Assembly (NCBI GenBank): GCA_036676395.1
Contig: JAKFCY010000002.1
Span: 672,001 to 736,000 of the forward strand
Length of the DNA: 64,000 bases
Reading direction: 5' to 3'
From: Bdellovibrio sp.
GTDB lineage: Bacteria; Bdellovibrionota; Bdellovibrionia; Bdellovibrionales; Bdellovibrionaceae
The position numbers and the translations under genes are program-made. The notes below the pieces were generated by a model. It saw only the letters and a program-made list of their open reading frames with translations, was not told where the DNA came from and ran no database searches. Below are positions 19,184 through 28,641 of the stretch, one piece after another. Within the stretch, counting starts at the first letter, position 1, and every line of letters begins with the position of its first letter.

Positions 19184-20017
19184 ATGAACAGCCTTTCTCA
19201 AGCCACCTCAATTAAAGACTTTGTTAGCTTCGAGCTTCGTAAGACGCTTGAAAACGATGAGACTTTAAAAACATTGAGTGAAAAACTAAATCTAAAATCT
19301 CCGAGTTTGTTATCAATGATAGCTAACGGCAAGCGCTTACCTTCAGAGGCGGTTTTAGAAAAGCTTTTTAACGTTTGGAAAACCGGCGCAAAAGAGCGTA
19401 AATTTTTACGTCTGCAATTACAGCTGGAAAAAAAGCATCAAAAAGGAAAAGAAGCCTTAAGCTTGATGCAAGAAATTAAAAAGTTAAATCCACCAAGTGC
19501 ATTTTATAAATTAAAACTAAAACAAATCGAATCAGTGCGCGACTGGCATGTGCTGGTGGTACGAGCCCTGGCTAACAACCCAGAATTTAAAGCTGATCCG
19601 CAATGGATTGCTGAGCGCTTAAGAAACAAAATTAGTCCGAAACAAGCTCGCGCAGCTTTAACTTTATTAATCGATCGTGGATTATTAGCTCAAGATGCAA
19701 AAACTGGAAAGATCACAGTTTGCCAGGATTACATTGAAACCACGCATGAGATTCCTTCAGAGGCTATTCGCCACCATCACCGTGGTATGCTTAATCGTGC
19801 CCTTGAAGCTTTAAACGAACAATCAGTTGCCGAGCGTTTATTTAATTCGATCACTTTAAATTTTAAACCTGAAGATCTGGAAGCTGCAAAAAAACGAATT
19901 GTCGAATTCAACCGTGCTTTTCACGATGAATTTGGCAATAACGAATCAGAAATGGTCTATCAGCTTAATATTCAGTTATTCAGTCACACTATTCCCCAGA
20001 TAGGAAAAGTAAAATGA
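19184..20017 (+). CDS. TIGR02147/DUF4423 family HTH protein
   Basis: N-terminal XRE-like HTH (LSMIANGKRLPS); motifs WHVLVVR, SEAIRHHH and VYQLNIQLF. Confidence 0.85.
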   Translation: MNSLSQATSIKDFVSFELRKTLENDETLKTLSEKLNLKSPSLLSMIANGKRLPSEAVLEKLFNVWKTGAKERKFLRLQLQLEKKHQKGKEALSLMQEIKKLNPPSAFYKLKLKQIESVRDWHVLVVRALANNPEFKADPQWIAERLRNKISPKQARAALTLLIDRGLLAQDAKTGKITVCQDYIETTHEIPSEAIRHHHRGMLNRALEALNEQSVAERLFNSITLNFKPEDLEAAKKRIVEFNRAFHDEFGNNESEMVYQLNIQLFSHTIPQIGKVK

Positions 20018-20895
20018 GAAACGCAAAAAATCTTTTAGCTGTATCTGTATTTTTATTGTCAGCAATCACTCAGGCGGGTGGAAGTTTTGTCGGCAACGGC
20101 GCAGGCCTTATGGAAAACCGTTTTCAATACGGTTATGCCTCGCTGAATAAAGTGTTGATGAATTGTTTAATCAATAATGATTGCGGTTTGACAGCGCAAG
20201 AAAAAATAATCGCTGAAAATGTGTCAGAAGTGTTGATGCAAAACATTTCTAATGCAGACAAGTTTGTTTTCGTGACTGATAAACAATTTTCTGATCTGAC
20301 AACAATGCCGATGAATGAACCGCACCGTATTGCTATGACCGGCTTAACGCCGCAAGATCCGATCTATATCAATGTCGATCTTTTATATGATTTATCTGGC
20401 AAACCACAATTAGAGTACGGCGCTGTTGTTGCTCTTGTTTTTCATGAAGTGGGTCACCAAACGGGCGAAACTTCCCACCAATTACTGGATATTATCGGCA
20501 GCAAACTTCGTTTAAAACTTGAAGAAGAAACTTTGGTTTATAAGTTTGAATTGGTTAATTTAGATAAAATCGAAGTGGTTATGAGCAATTATTCATCGCC
20601 AAATAAATTTGCCGAAATTCGCATTAGCCGTAATCACAATGCTATGACTAGCGTTGGCGCAAATATTTCAAAAAGTTTTAAATGTAGCGATAAAAAAGCC
20701 AGAGTGACTGCGTACGAATATTTTAATGGTTATTTTACGCCGGTATTTAAGGGCTCAAAGGCGACATTTAATTTTATTGCTAACATTCACTGTGTAAAAA
20801 TGAACGGCCAGTTAAATATCGAACGTAAGAATGTAAGCTTTGATATCCGCCAAGATAACTCAATCGACAGTTTGAAGATATCAGCGATTTTTTAA
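20014..20895 (+). CDS. Secreted hypothetical protein with HExxH motif (possible zincin)
   Basis: Signal peptide, GGSFVGNG just after the cleavage site, FHEVGH; 4-bp ATGA overlap with upstream gene. Confidence 0.65.
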   Translation: MRNAKNLLAVSVFLLSAITQAGGSFVGNGAGLMENRFQYGYASLNKVLMNCLINNDCGLTAQEKIIAENVSEVLMQNISNADKFVFVTDKQFSDLTTMPMNEPHRIAMTGLTPQDPIYINVDLLYDLSGKPQLEYGAVVALVFHEVGHQTGETSHQLLDIIGSKLRLKLEEETLVYKFELVNLDKIEVVMSNYSSPNKFAEIRISRNHNAMTSVGANISKSFKCSDKKARVTAYEYFNGYFTPVFKGSKATFNFIANIHCVKMNGQLNIERKNVSFDIRQDNSIDSLKISAIF

Positions 20896-21227
20896 TTGCG
20901 AATGACTCGCCAAAGTTTTGATAAAAATGACTTTGGCGGTAGCGCTTTATTAAGTAACTCGGTAATTTCTTGCTGCTGGTGTAATTCTGCCGCTTGCAGC
21001 GGCGTGAGATTGTCATACTCAGACAATAGAGCAGGATCAGCTCCATGTTGTAATAAATATTTTGCAATTGATATGTGGCCAGCGCTAATTGCTGCAACCA
21101 GCGGGGTGCAAAGAATTTCTGGGTGTTGGTAATTCGGATTTACACCGTTAGCGATATGGTATTGTACCAGCGCTAGATTGCCAGTGGATGCTGCATTATA
21201 CATTTCTTTCCAGTCGCCGGCAGACAT
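20892..21227 (-). CDS. Ankyrin-repeat protein
   Basis: TPLVAAISAGH..IAKYLLQHGADP and TPLQAA repeats. Confidence 0.85.
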   Translation of the reverse strand: MSAGDWKEMYNAASTGNLALVQYHIANGVNPNYQHPEILCTPLVAAISAGHISIAKYLLQHGADPALLSEYDNLTPLQAAELHQQQEITELLNKALPPKSFLSKLWRVIRN

Positions 21228-21260
21228 TACAGGTTATTCGCTTTCAAAATATAGAGCCAA

Positions 21261-22025
21261 TTAGTCTTCATTCTTTTCATCCTTATCGTCTTTGTCGTCA
21301 TCAAATTTCAGATCAAAGAAATCAGTCGATGGTTGCTCTACCCGAGGAATCTCTGGGGCTACGCGGTTTAAGATGCGATGTTGTCGTGAAGTAACATAAG
21401 CCGACGGGCGGTCAATGCGAAACCTGCGCGGGTTAGGCAGAACAGCGGCGATCAGTGAAGCTTGTGATGAATTGATTGTCTTCGCAGTTTTTTTAAAAAA
21501 CTTATTTGAAGCGGCTTCGACACCGTATACCCCAGAACCAAGCTCTACCACGTTTAGATAAACTTCCATAATACGTTCTTTGGGCCACATCACTTCGATT
21601 AAAACAGTAAAGTAAGCCTCCATGCCTTTACGAAGCCAATCCCTGCGCGGCCATAAAAACACATTTTTTGCTGTTTGTTGGCTGATGGTGCTAGCGCCTT
21701 TTTTTCGCTTATGTGTTTGATTATACTTTATGGCTTTTTCGATCGCGTCGTAATCAAAACCATTGTGTTCAAAAAAACGATAGTCTTCAGATTTTAAAAC
21801 AGCTTTTTGTACAGATGGCGCGATTTCTTCAATAGGCACCCAGGTTTTATTCATGCCGACAAATTTTTCTTCGGCCAAAGATTGCAGCGTTCTGATAAAC
21901 ATCAGCGGCGTAAAGTAAACAGGCACATAGCGATAAAAGAAAACGCTTCCGAACGTGCTTACGAAAAACAGCAGAATTAATTGCAGGGTGAGTTTTTTAA
22001 AGCGCGGCCAAAAGTTCTTTTGCAT
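21261..22025 (-). CDS. mtgA: Monofunctional peptidoglycan transglycosylase
   Basis: SEDYRFFEHNGFD, GASTISQQTAKN and KERIMEVYLN motifs. Confidence 0.92.
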   Translation of the reverse strand: MQKNFWPRFKKLTLQLILLFFVSTFGSVFFYRYVPVYFTPLMFIRTLQSLAEEKFVGMNKTWVPIEEIAPSVQKAVLKSEDYRFFEHNGFDYDAIEKAIKYNQTHKRKKGASTISQQTAKNVFLWPRRDWLRKGMEAYFTVLIEVMWPKERIMEVYLNVVELGSGVYGVEAASNKFFKKTAKTINSSQASLIAAVLPNPRRFRIDRPSAYVTSRQHRILNRVAPEIPRVEQPSTDFFDLKFDDDKDDKDEKNED

Positions 22026-22127
22026 ATAGCTGGTTTAATTATAGCGTTAACGGGCTAAAAGTCATTCACACTAAAGTAGGGAAATTTTGTTTATTGACCT
22101 GAAATGCCCATCTTTTAGAATGAAAAG

Positions 22128-24320
22128 ATGGCTTTTCCTGTTTTACCGGCAAAATACTATCTGACGCATTTTCATGAATTCTTAGAATTCATTGAAGCGC
22201 ACTATTTACCAGTCATGGAAGCAGAACATGTGCAGTTTATTAAAAGCTTTCAAAGCTTAAGCGAAGATGCACAATGCATTTATGTTCGCATGGTCAACCG
22301 CAAAGGAATTCTATTCGCTAAAGCAGGTTTTGTTAAATATGCTGAAATAAGCCAACACGAAAAAGCCTATGCAGAATTAAAGCAATTTGAATTTATAACA
22401 ACTGTCAGCGATCATCATAAATTAGATTTAATTGGCTTTTTCAGTAAAAAAGAAAACCATCAATGGTTTAAAAAAAGTAATATCAAATTTAATAAAACAG
22501 ATAGTGTCGATCAGCTGGAAGAGCTAGCGTTAGCAAATCTAGAACAACTCAGTATTGAACATTTAGCTGATTTAGATCAGTTAATTGTGCAGGCCTATCA
22601 AGAAGAGTTAAGTTATCTCCTGTTTTTATTTTTTGGCACTTTACAGACAAGCCTTAGTCTTTATACTTTACGCGACTTGGGAATCCGTCAGAAAAGTCAG
22701 TTCAAAGAAAAATTCAAACCTCGCTATGCAGATCTAACGATAGCACAAACCGAATACCAGCTATTAAAGGTTATAAATAATTTAGGCGAAGATAATTTAG
22801 ATCAAGCTCTCGAGTTCGGGCTTTCAGTTAAAATTAATAAAAGCAGCACTCAAGCTTTAAAGAGTGAACTTTTATTAGAAATCGCCAGTTTATGTGAAGA
22901 GCAGCAGCCACAAAAGGCTATTGCCGCATTGAAAGAAGCAAAAAATTATCCGGCCAGGCAGAATTTAGCTAAACTTTACTATAAATTAGAACAAAAAGAA
23001 GACTGCAAAACAGTTTTAGAAGCTATTATTGACCAACCGGCAAATGATGAAGAAATTCTATTCGCCGAAGACTATCTGGATCGTAAATTTAATAAAAAGA
23101 AAATGGGCTATCTGACCCAAGCCCTGCGCTCTGCCAAAGAGATTTCTTTAAGCGAAGCTTATCTTAAAAATCCGGAAGCGGGTGTAAAAGACTATTTTGA
23201 AAAAAAGGGGATTCAGGCAACGTTTACTGAAAATTACCTTTGGTGCGCGTTGTTTGGTTTGTTTTTTTGGAACGAAATTTTTGAAGATGAGCAGTCAGCA
23301 TTGCACAATGCTTTTGAAAGGTCTCCGGCAGATCTGGTGGGCGAAGAATTTTATTTAAATCATAAAAAACAAATCGAAGATAAGTTATTACTTCTGACAG
23401 ACTATAAAAAAACTGAAAAATTAATTTTAAAAACAGTCACTGAAAAGCTTGGTAAGCTCAATGATATTTTTCAATGGCATCCAACAGTAGCCAAATTGGT
23501 GCTAAGTTTTTTAAAGGCTTCTACGCAAAAAGACGTTGCGCACATTCTTCGAATGATGAGTCAAAATTTTTCAAATTACCACAGCGGCTATCCTGATTTA
23601 ATGCTTGAGACTGAAGAAGGCATTCAATTTGTAGAGGTTAAAGCTGAAGGTGATGTCTTAAAGGCGAAACAACTTTCAAAATTACATTTATTAAAAGAAG
23701 CCGGCTTTGAAGTGAGTGTCTTAAGAGTTAATTGGGTAACAGATCCGAATCAAGTGTATGTGGTTGTTGATATTGAAACGACCGGTGGGTCGGGAATTTT
23801 TCACAAGATCACTGAAATTGGCGCGGTCAAAATTCAAAACGGTAAAATTATCGAAGAGTTTCAAACTTTGCTTAACCCCGGCAGAGCCATACCGAAATAC
23901 ATTACGGGAATTACCGGGATTACCAATGAAATGGTTAAGGATGCTCCAAAGTTCAGTGATATTGCTGATCAATTTTTTGAATTCACAAAAGGGGCGATCT
24001 TTGTGGCTCATAATGTGCGTTTCGATTACGGCTTTATTCAAAAAGAATATCAACGTCTTGAAACATCCTATGTACGGCCGTTGTTATGTACAGTGCAAGG
24101 CATGCGCAAGCATTATCCGGGTTTATCATCATACAGTTTAAAAAATCTTTGTGTGAATTTTAATATTTCGCTAGAGCAACATCACCGTGCGATGTTTGAT
24201 GCAAAAGCTGCCGCTGAATTGTTAAATTTGATTCATCTTAAGAAAACGCCTTCTCAGGCAGAAGACAGTGCGCAAGGTTTGCGTCAAGAATCTGTGGTCG
24301 ACCGAAATTTTTTCGATTAA
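22128..24320 (+). CDS. FAN1-like VRR-NUC nuclease fused to DEDDh 3'-5' exonuclease (DnaQ-like)
   Basis: YYLTHF N-terminus; GYPDL..FVEVK..D.L...Q; VDIETTG, HNVRFD and HHRAMFDA. Confidence 0.85.
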   Translation: MAFPVLPAKYYLTHFHEFLEFIEAHYLPVMEAEHVQFIKSFQSLSEDAQCIYVRMVNRKGILFAKAGFVKYAEISQHEKAYAELKQFEFITTVSDHHKLDLIGFFSKKENHQWFKKSNIKFNKTDSVDQLEELALANLEQLSIEHLADLDQLIVQAYQEELSYLLFLFFGTLQTSLSLYTLRDLGIRQKSQFKEKFKPRYADLTIAQTEYQLLKVINNLGEDNLDQALEFGLSVKINKSSTQALKSELLLEIASLCEEQQPQKAIAALKEAKNYPARQNLAKLYYKLEQKEDCKTVLEAIIDQPANDEEILFAEDYLDRKFNKKKMGYLTQALRSAKEISLSEAYLKNPEAGVKDYFEKKGIQATFTENYLWCALFGLFFWNEIFEDEQSALHNAFERSPADLVGEEFYLNHKKQIEDKLLLLTDYKKTEKLILKTVTEKLGKLNDIFQWHPTVAKLVLSFLKASTQKDVAHILRMMSQNFSNYHSGYPDLMLETEEGIQFVEVKAEGDVLKAKQLSKLHLLKEAGFEVSVLRVNWVTDPNQVYVVVDIETTGGSGIFHKITEIGAVKIQNGKIIEEFQTLLNPGRAIPKYITGITGITNEMVKDAPKFSDIADQFFEFTKGAIFVAHNVRFDYGFIQKEYQRLETSYVRPLLCTVQGMRKHYPGLSSYSLKNLCVNFNISLEQHHRAMFDAKAAAELLNLIHLKKTPSQAEDSAQGLRQESVVDRNFFD

Positions 24321-24429
24321 TGAGGCATTTTGCCAAGCAAGCGACTAATCACCAGTTATGCAGTGTTCGCGTTGTTGATTGATACTCGTGGTCTAATTCA
24401 GTCTTTGATTATAACGATCAAGGAGAATT

Positions 24430-24918
24430 ATGAAACAACTTATCTTAACTTTAATTGTTCTAACAACGACAGCTGTCTTCGCAGACACGATGCCTAAAGT
24501 CACTGCGACAGACAGTGGTCACGTCATGCACAGTAAAAAATCTATGAAGTGGGCAGCCGCGCCACCTTCATTACCCGCTGGTGCGCAGGCCGCCGTTATA
24601 GATGGTGATCCAACTAAGGCCGGTGAATTTACAATGCGACTGAAATTTCCAGCTAATTATAAAATTCCACCGCACACTCATCCGGTGGATGAACACATCA
24701 CTGTTATTGAAGGCACATTTAGTATGGGATTAGGCGAAAAATTCGATGCTAAAACTGCTCATGCGATGAGTGCCGGAGATTATGCTCGCATGACTGCAGG
24801 TACCAAGCATTTCGCTATGACAAAATCGCCCACTGTGGTTCAGTTGCATGGTAATGGACCGTGGGGAATAACGTACGTTAACCCAGCCGATGATCCGCGC
24901 GAGGCGATTAAAAAATAA
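24430..24918 (+). CDS. Exported cupin-domain protein (DUF4437-like)
   Basis: PPHTHPVDEHITVIEG motif; signal peptide. Confidence 0.8.
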   Translation: MKQLILTLIVLTTTAVFADTMPKVTATDSGHVMHSKKSMKWAAAPPSLPAGAQAAVIDGDPTKAGEFTMRLKFPANYKIPPHTHPVDEHITVIEGTFSMGLGEKFDAKTAHAMSAGDYARMTAGTKHFAMTKSPTVVQLHGNGPWGITYVNPADDPREAIKK

Positions 24919-24925
24919 AATCATT

Positions 24926-26002
24926 TTAATTAAATTCGAAAACTACAATTTCACAACGTGTGAACCAACGCATGGGCGGGCCCCAATAGCCCGTGCCTTG
25001 GTGTGCGAAAACGCGAGTACCTTTAATTGTTTTAAAGCCGCTAACCACTGGCTGAACCATTCGTACGAATATTCCGAACGGAAAAATTTGACCACCATGA
25101 GTATGACCAGAAAGTAATAGATCACATTTTTCTTTATTTAGATCAAACACACTAGAAGGCTCGTGGGCCAATAATATTTTGTAATCAACTTTTTCAGAAG
25201 TTTTTAATGCTTGATCAGGATTTGATTCAAGTTTTTTGTGAAATCTATTTACGGCGCGATCGGGAACTCCGGCGATCAAAAGTTTTCCGTTATCGCGTAC
25301 AATGATCTGGTGAGAGTTGTGTAAAACATCAAATCCTAAATCATGAAGTCTGGCTTCCCAATCGCCGCCACGAATGTATTCATGATTTCCTGTAACATAA
25401 AACTTGCGTGCTGTGATTTGTGCTAGTGGATCTATCAAGGGTGATGTTTCATCAAACGGGGCATCGACTAAATCACCAGTGACGACAACTAGATCAGCAC
25501 GAGCTGCTTGAATGCGATCGACAACTTTTTGCAACCAAGCTTTACGTAATAACGGCATACCGATATGCAGATCTGAAATTTGTACGACTCGTAACCCGCG
25601 TAAAAATTCTGGGCCAGATAATTTGTGTGTAACGACTTGTGGGCCAAAAACGTTTAGGCGCAGCGACCAAAGCGAAATAATTCCCGTCGCGTATAACATC
25701 CATGAAGAATGTATCGGTAATGCCAGTAAAGAAAAAATCAGCTGAACAATAGCAAAGAAAAAAGCGATGGTAAATATACCCATCCAGATGAAGCCACCCA
25801 TGATGACATGTCGTAAGCGCTCGCGAAATGGTGACATGCTAATAAGCAATGAACCCGGCATAAAAATCACACCGAACGTTAACAGAATAACCAGCCAGAC
25901 TGGTGTCGAGACAAAGCTAAGAGCGGCCATGGTGTAGATAAACCAATGCAATAAGCCAAGCATGGTCGTAATAATAATTAAGGGTATCGCTATGCCTCTC
26001 AT
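24926..26002 (-). CDS. Membrane-anchored metallophosphoesterase (YkuE/YaeI-like)
   Basis: DLH, GDLVD, GNHE and GHTHGGQ motifs; N-terminal TM helices. Confidence 0.9.
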   Translation of the reverse strand: MRGIAIPLIIITTMLGLLHWFIYTMAALSFVSTPVWLVILLTFGVIFMPGSLLISMSPFRERLRHVIMGGFIWMGIFTIAFFFAIVQLIFSLLALPIHSSWMLYATGIISLWSLRLNVFGPQVVTHKLSGPEFLRGLRVVQISDLHIGMPLLRKAWLQKVVDRIQAARADLVVVTGDLVDAPFDETSPLIDPLAQITARKFYVTGNHEYIRGGDWEARLHDLGFDVLHNSHQIIVRDNGKLLIAGVPDRAVNRFHKKLESNPDQALKTSEKVDYKILLAHEPSSVFDLNKEKCDLLLSGHTHGGQIFPFGIFVRMVQPVVSGFKTIKGTRVFAHQGTGYWGPPMRWFTRCEIVVFEFN

Positions 26003-26418
26003 GAGCTGAGCTTCGGGGTGCCCATGTTCTTTTTAAGTTCAAGAACTTGCACAACTAACATTGGATCCTGGCTTTGGGCGATTTTAAGTTTACTTTTAAA
26101 ATCAGGGTATAAATCAGATTCATCAAATAATGAATGCACTTCGGTTAAAACTGATCTGTGCAGGTCTTCTAAGATGGTTGTCTCATCGTCAAGGGATTCA
26201 TCCATGCGAACCACAAGACTTGTGATTTTTCGTAGCCAGTCAAAATCTTCGTGTGACATCGATAAATGCAAAACATCATAAGGCGTTAAACTTTTTTCGT
26301 TTTGGGCTTCGTATTTTTCTTTTTGAAATTGTAACAAAGACTTGTGCACGCGCAAAAGTAGTTGTGAAACTTTAGTAAGATCTGCTTTGATATTTTTTCT
26401 GTTTTCTTCTGCGGACAT
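25999..26418 (-). CDS. Hypothetical helical protein
   Basis: ORF overlaps the downstream gene by 4 bp; AGGA RBS. Confidence 0.65.
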   Translation of the reverse strand: MSAEENRKNIKADLTKVSQLLLRVHKSLLQFQKEKYEAQNEKSLTPYDVLHLSMSHEDFDWLRKITSLVVRMDESLDDETTILEDLHRSVLTEVHSLFDESDLYPDFKSKLKIAQSQDPMLVVQVLELKKNMGTPKLSS

Positions 26419-26424
26419 ATGCAA

Positions 26425-26454
26425 TTCCTAGCTTTACATTGTAAAGTCTAGGAA
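26425..26454. promoter_or_regulatory. Near-perfect palindrome covering the RBS of the 26418 gene
   Basis: TTCCTAGCTTTAC-ATT-GTAAAGTCTAGGAA with one bulged base. Confidence 0.5.
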
Positions 26455-26566
26455 GGGTTAGTTACCTTTGGCAACTGGTTTTTGGAGTTCTTCATTAACC
26501 ACCAGCATTATTATACAGATCTACCTCAGTTTTAGGCGCTAAGATTCGAATCGAGCTACAGCCTTA

Positions 26567-27370
26567 TTAAAAATTAAATGCAAGGACGACAGCCCATTCT
26601 CTGACGTATTCATGATAAACCGATAAACTGCCAGAGTTAAATTTAAAGCCCGCTCCAAACCAAACTTGGTCATCATGGGTTTCTGTTTCGTCATTCACAT
26701 AGGTATCGTGCGAAACTGACAACGCTACATTTTGGCTTTGCACAAGCAAACCCGGTGTAACCATAATCACATCATCAGTTGTGGTTTCATTTTTGTGGGC
26801 TTTTTTGGAAGCGTCCAAAGAAAAAATAAAATTACTGGAAACGTATCCGTAACCCACACCGTAACTAGTGATATCGCTATCATCATCTTCAGCGTCGTAA
26901 AAATCAGCGACTAATCCTAATCGGTGACCTTGTCCTTTGCCGAACAGTATTCCCAGTGAATAATTATCTTCTTCGTGAAAACCAATTCCCAATGCAAAAG
27001 AACCTGTGCTAAATCCAGCAATGGCACCGGTTCTTCCTTCACAGTTATCGCAGTCATTTTTGTAGTGGCCAACGCCTAAGCCCACATCGCCACTGCCGAC
27101 ACCAAGCTCTACGCCGTAACCTTCGGCATTATTATTGTTATTATTACTTTCTTCATCTGTTTTGTCGTATTCCAGTGAAAGTTGAACACCGTTGTAATCG
27201 GCGGCCACAGCCGGATTAACATAGGTGAAACCGTGCGAATAATTAATCGGGGATGTGACCGCCGGGGTGCCGATACCTTGCGAGACGGCTAAAAATAGAG
27301 AATCATTTGTTTTTGCCTGCGATGTCGGACTAAAAAAAATAACTATGACGATGGCTAGAACCCATTTCAT
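26567..27370 (-). CDS. Putative outer-membrane beta-barrel protein
   Basis: Signal peptide, alternating amphipathic strands, C-terminal Phe; GGAGG RBS. Confidence 0.65.
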   Translation of the reverse strand: MKWVLAIVIVIFFSPTSQAKTNDSLFLAVSQGIGTPAVTSPINYSHGFTYVNPAVAADYNGVQLSLEYDKTDEESNNNNNNAEGYGVELGVGSGDVGLGVGHYKNDCDNCEGRTGAIAGFSTGSFALGIGFHEEDNYSLGILFGKGQGHRLGLVADFYDAEDDDSDITSYGVGYGYVSSNFIFSLDASKKAHKNETTTDDVIMVTPGLLVQSQNVALSVSHDTYVNDETETHDDQVWFGAGFKFNSGSLSVYHEYVREWAVVLAFNF

Positions 27371-27490
27371 AAAGGCCTCCTTTGGGGAGATTACCTGTAG
27401 TTTACTCCTCTTTTTTTAAGGTGGAGTAAAAAATATGAAATTTGTATCAGTACGAGAGATAGTCTAAGAGATTGTCGATATTTGTAAAAT

Positions 27491-27567
27491 TGGTGATTCC
27501 GGTACGATTCGAACGTACGACCCTCTCCTTAGAAGGGAGATGCTCTATCCAACTGAGCTACGGAACC
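27491..27567 (-). tRNA. tRNA-Arg(TCT)
   Basis: GGTTCCGTAGCTCAGTTGGATAGAGCATCTCCCTTCTAAGGAGAGGGTCGTACGTTCGAATCGTACCGGAATCACCA; cloverleaf, anticodon TCT, encoded CCA. Confidence 0.97.
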
Positions 27568-27640
27568 ACGGTCTGTGAACTGAAAGAAACTATCAAATTT
27601 GGAGCGGATTGTTAAGCGCTTTTAGTAGCACTTATGCAAT

Positions 27641-28531
27641 TTATTTAACCACCTCTAGGGGCTGACCTAAGTTTAAAGCACAAAATGATCGGGTTTCGTG
27701 CGCTAAAAAGGGCTGCGAACTGTCTGTCAGAGGGGCTCCGTTCAAATCAGTGTAGCGGGTTAAGCTTGGGCCGCCGAATTGGATAGTTGTGCGTAAGTCC
27801 ACTTGCTGGTTCCAGCGATCAAGCATCATACCTGTAAAAGGATCTTTCATGCGAATACTAAAGTCATATTTGGAATTATCTAGCTTTGTCACTTCAGCAT
27901 AGAAAAACAATTCATGAATTTGTGGAGCCTGTGAAGCAAGATCAACAGTTGTTCTAAGAATTGTTACTTCGCCTCTTTTGGGGGTTGCGGAAACTGAAGT
28001 GTTAAATTGAAAATTCATTTCTGAATTATTGTTGTTAGGTACGGCGGTGCGATTGACGCTGATTTGGCATTCGGCAGATTTTACACTGGCTTGTAATTTA
28101 AAACTTAAAACATCTTTGATTTCTTTTTCAGTTAATAAAAATTCTTCGCCAAGATAAATTTGGTAAAGTCCAGAGGTGTTTTGCAGAATATTTGATGTTG
28201 CGCAGACCACAGTTTGATATTCGCCATCGCTTGTTTGTTCGAAAAGTAAAATTCCCTTCTGATTTACTGGAATATGTTCGCCGTTACAGTTTAGCCCATC
28301 TTGCCCTTGAATATCTAAATACACACTTTCAATGCCGCCGCGTAAAACTTTTTCGACGCGAACTCGCGCTTTGCCATTATAGATGGCTACGGTTTCAACT
28401 TTAGCGACAATCGTAGTTTTTCGTTGTGCTGCCTGCTGGGCATTGGCGAAACCCATGCAATCGCAGGCTTGTGATTGTGTAGAGAAGATAAATGCAGATA
28501 GCGAAATTAAAAGGCCAAAGCAGAAACGCAT
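27641..28531 (-). CDS. Secreted protein with N-terminal CxC (TIMP/NTR-like) module
   Basis: Signal peptide ending SQA followed by CDC; later NC and VC cysteines. Confidence 0.6.
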   Translation of the reverse strand: MRFCFGLLISLSAFIFSTQSQACDCMGFANAQQAAQRKTTIVAKVETVAIYNGKARVRVEKVLRGGIESVYLDIQGQDGLNCNGEHIPVNQKGILLFEQTSDGEYQTVVCATSNILQNTSGLYQIYLGEEFLLTEKEIKDVLSFKLQASVKSAECQISVNRTAVPNNNNSEMNFQFNTSVSATPKRGEVTILRTTVDLASQAPQIHELFFYAEVTKLDNSKYDFSIRMKDPFTGMMLDRWNQQVDLRTTIQFGGPSLTRYTDLNGAPLTDSSQPFLAHETRSFCALNLGQPLEVVK

Positions 28532-28641
28532 GAGTATGCTCCTTGTTTTGCGAACAACCTAGCAGAACGATGACAGATGCAAATACTTAATGCCTCTTGT
28601 TACCTGTTTACATTCATGACTACGCTCATCATCATTGTTAA

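Noticed and set aside
20892..21227. Ankyrin protein as a Bd3460-like self-protection factor
   Set aside because: No signal peptide and no adjacent DacB-like endopeptidase.
27491..27567. tRNA-Arg as an integration site for a genomic island
   Set aside because: No integrase and no duplicated tRNA 3' end seen in the window.
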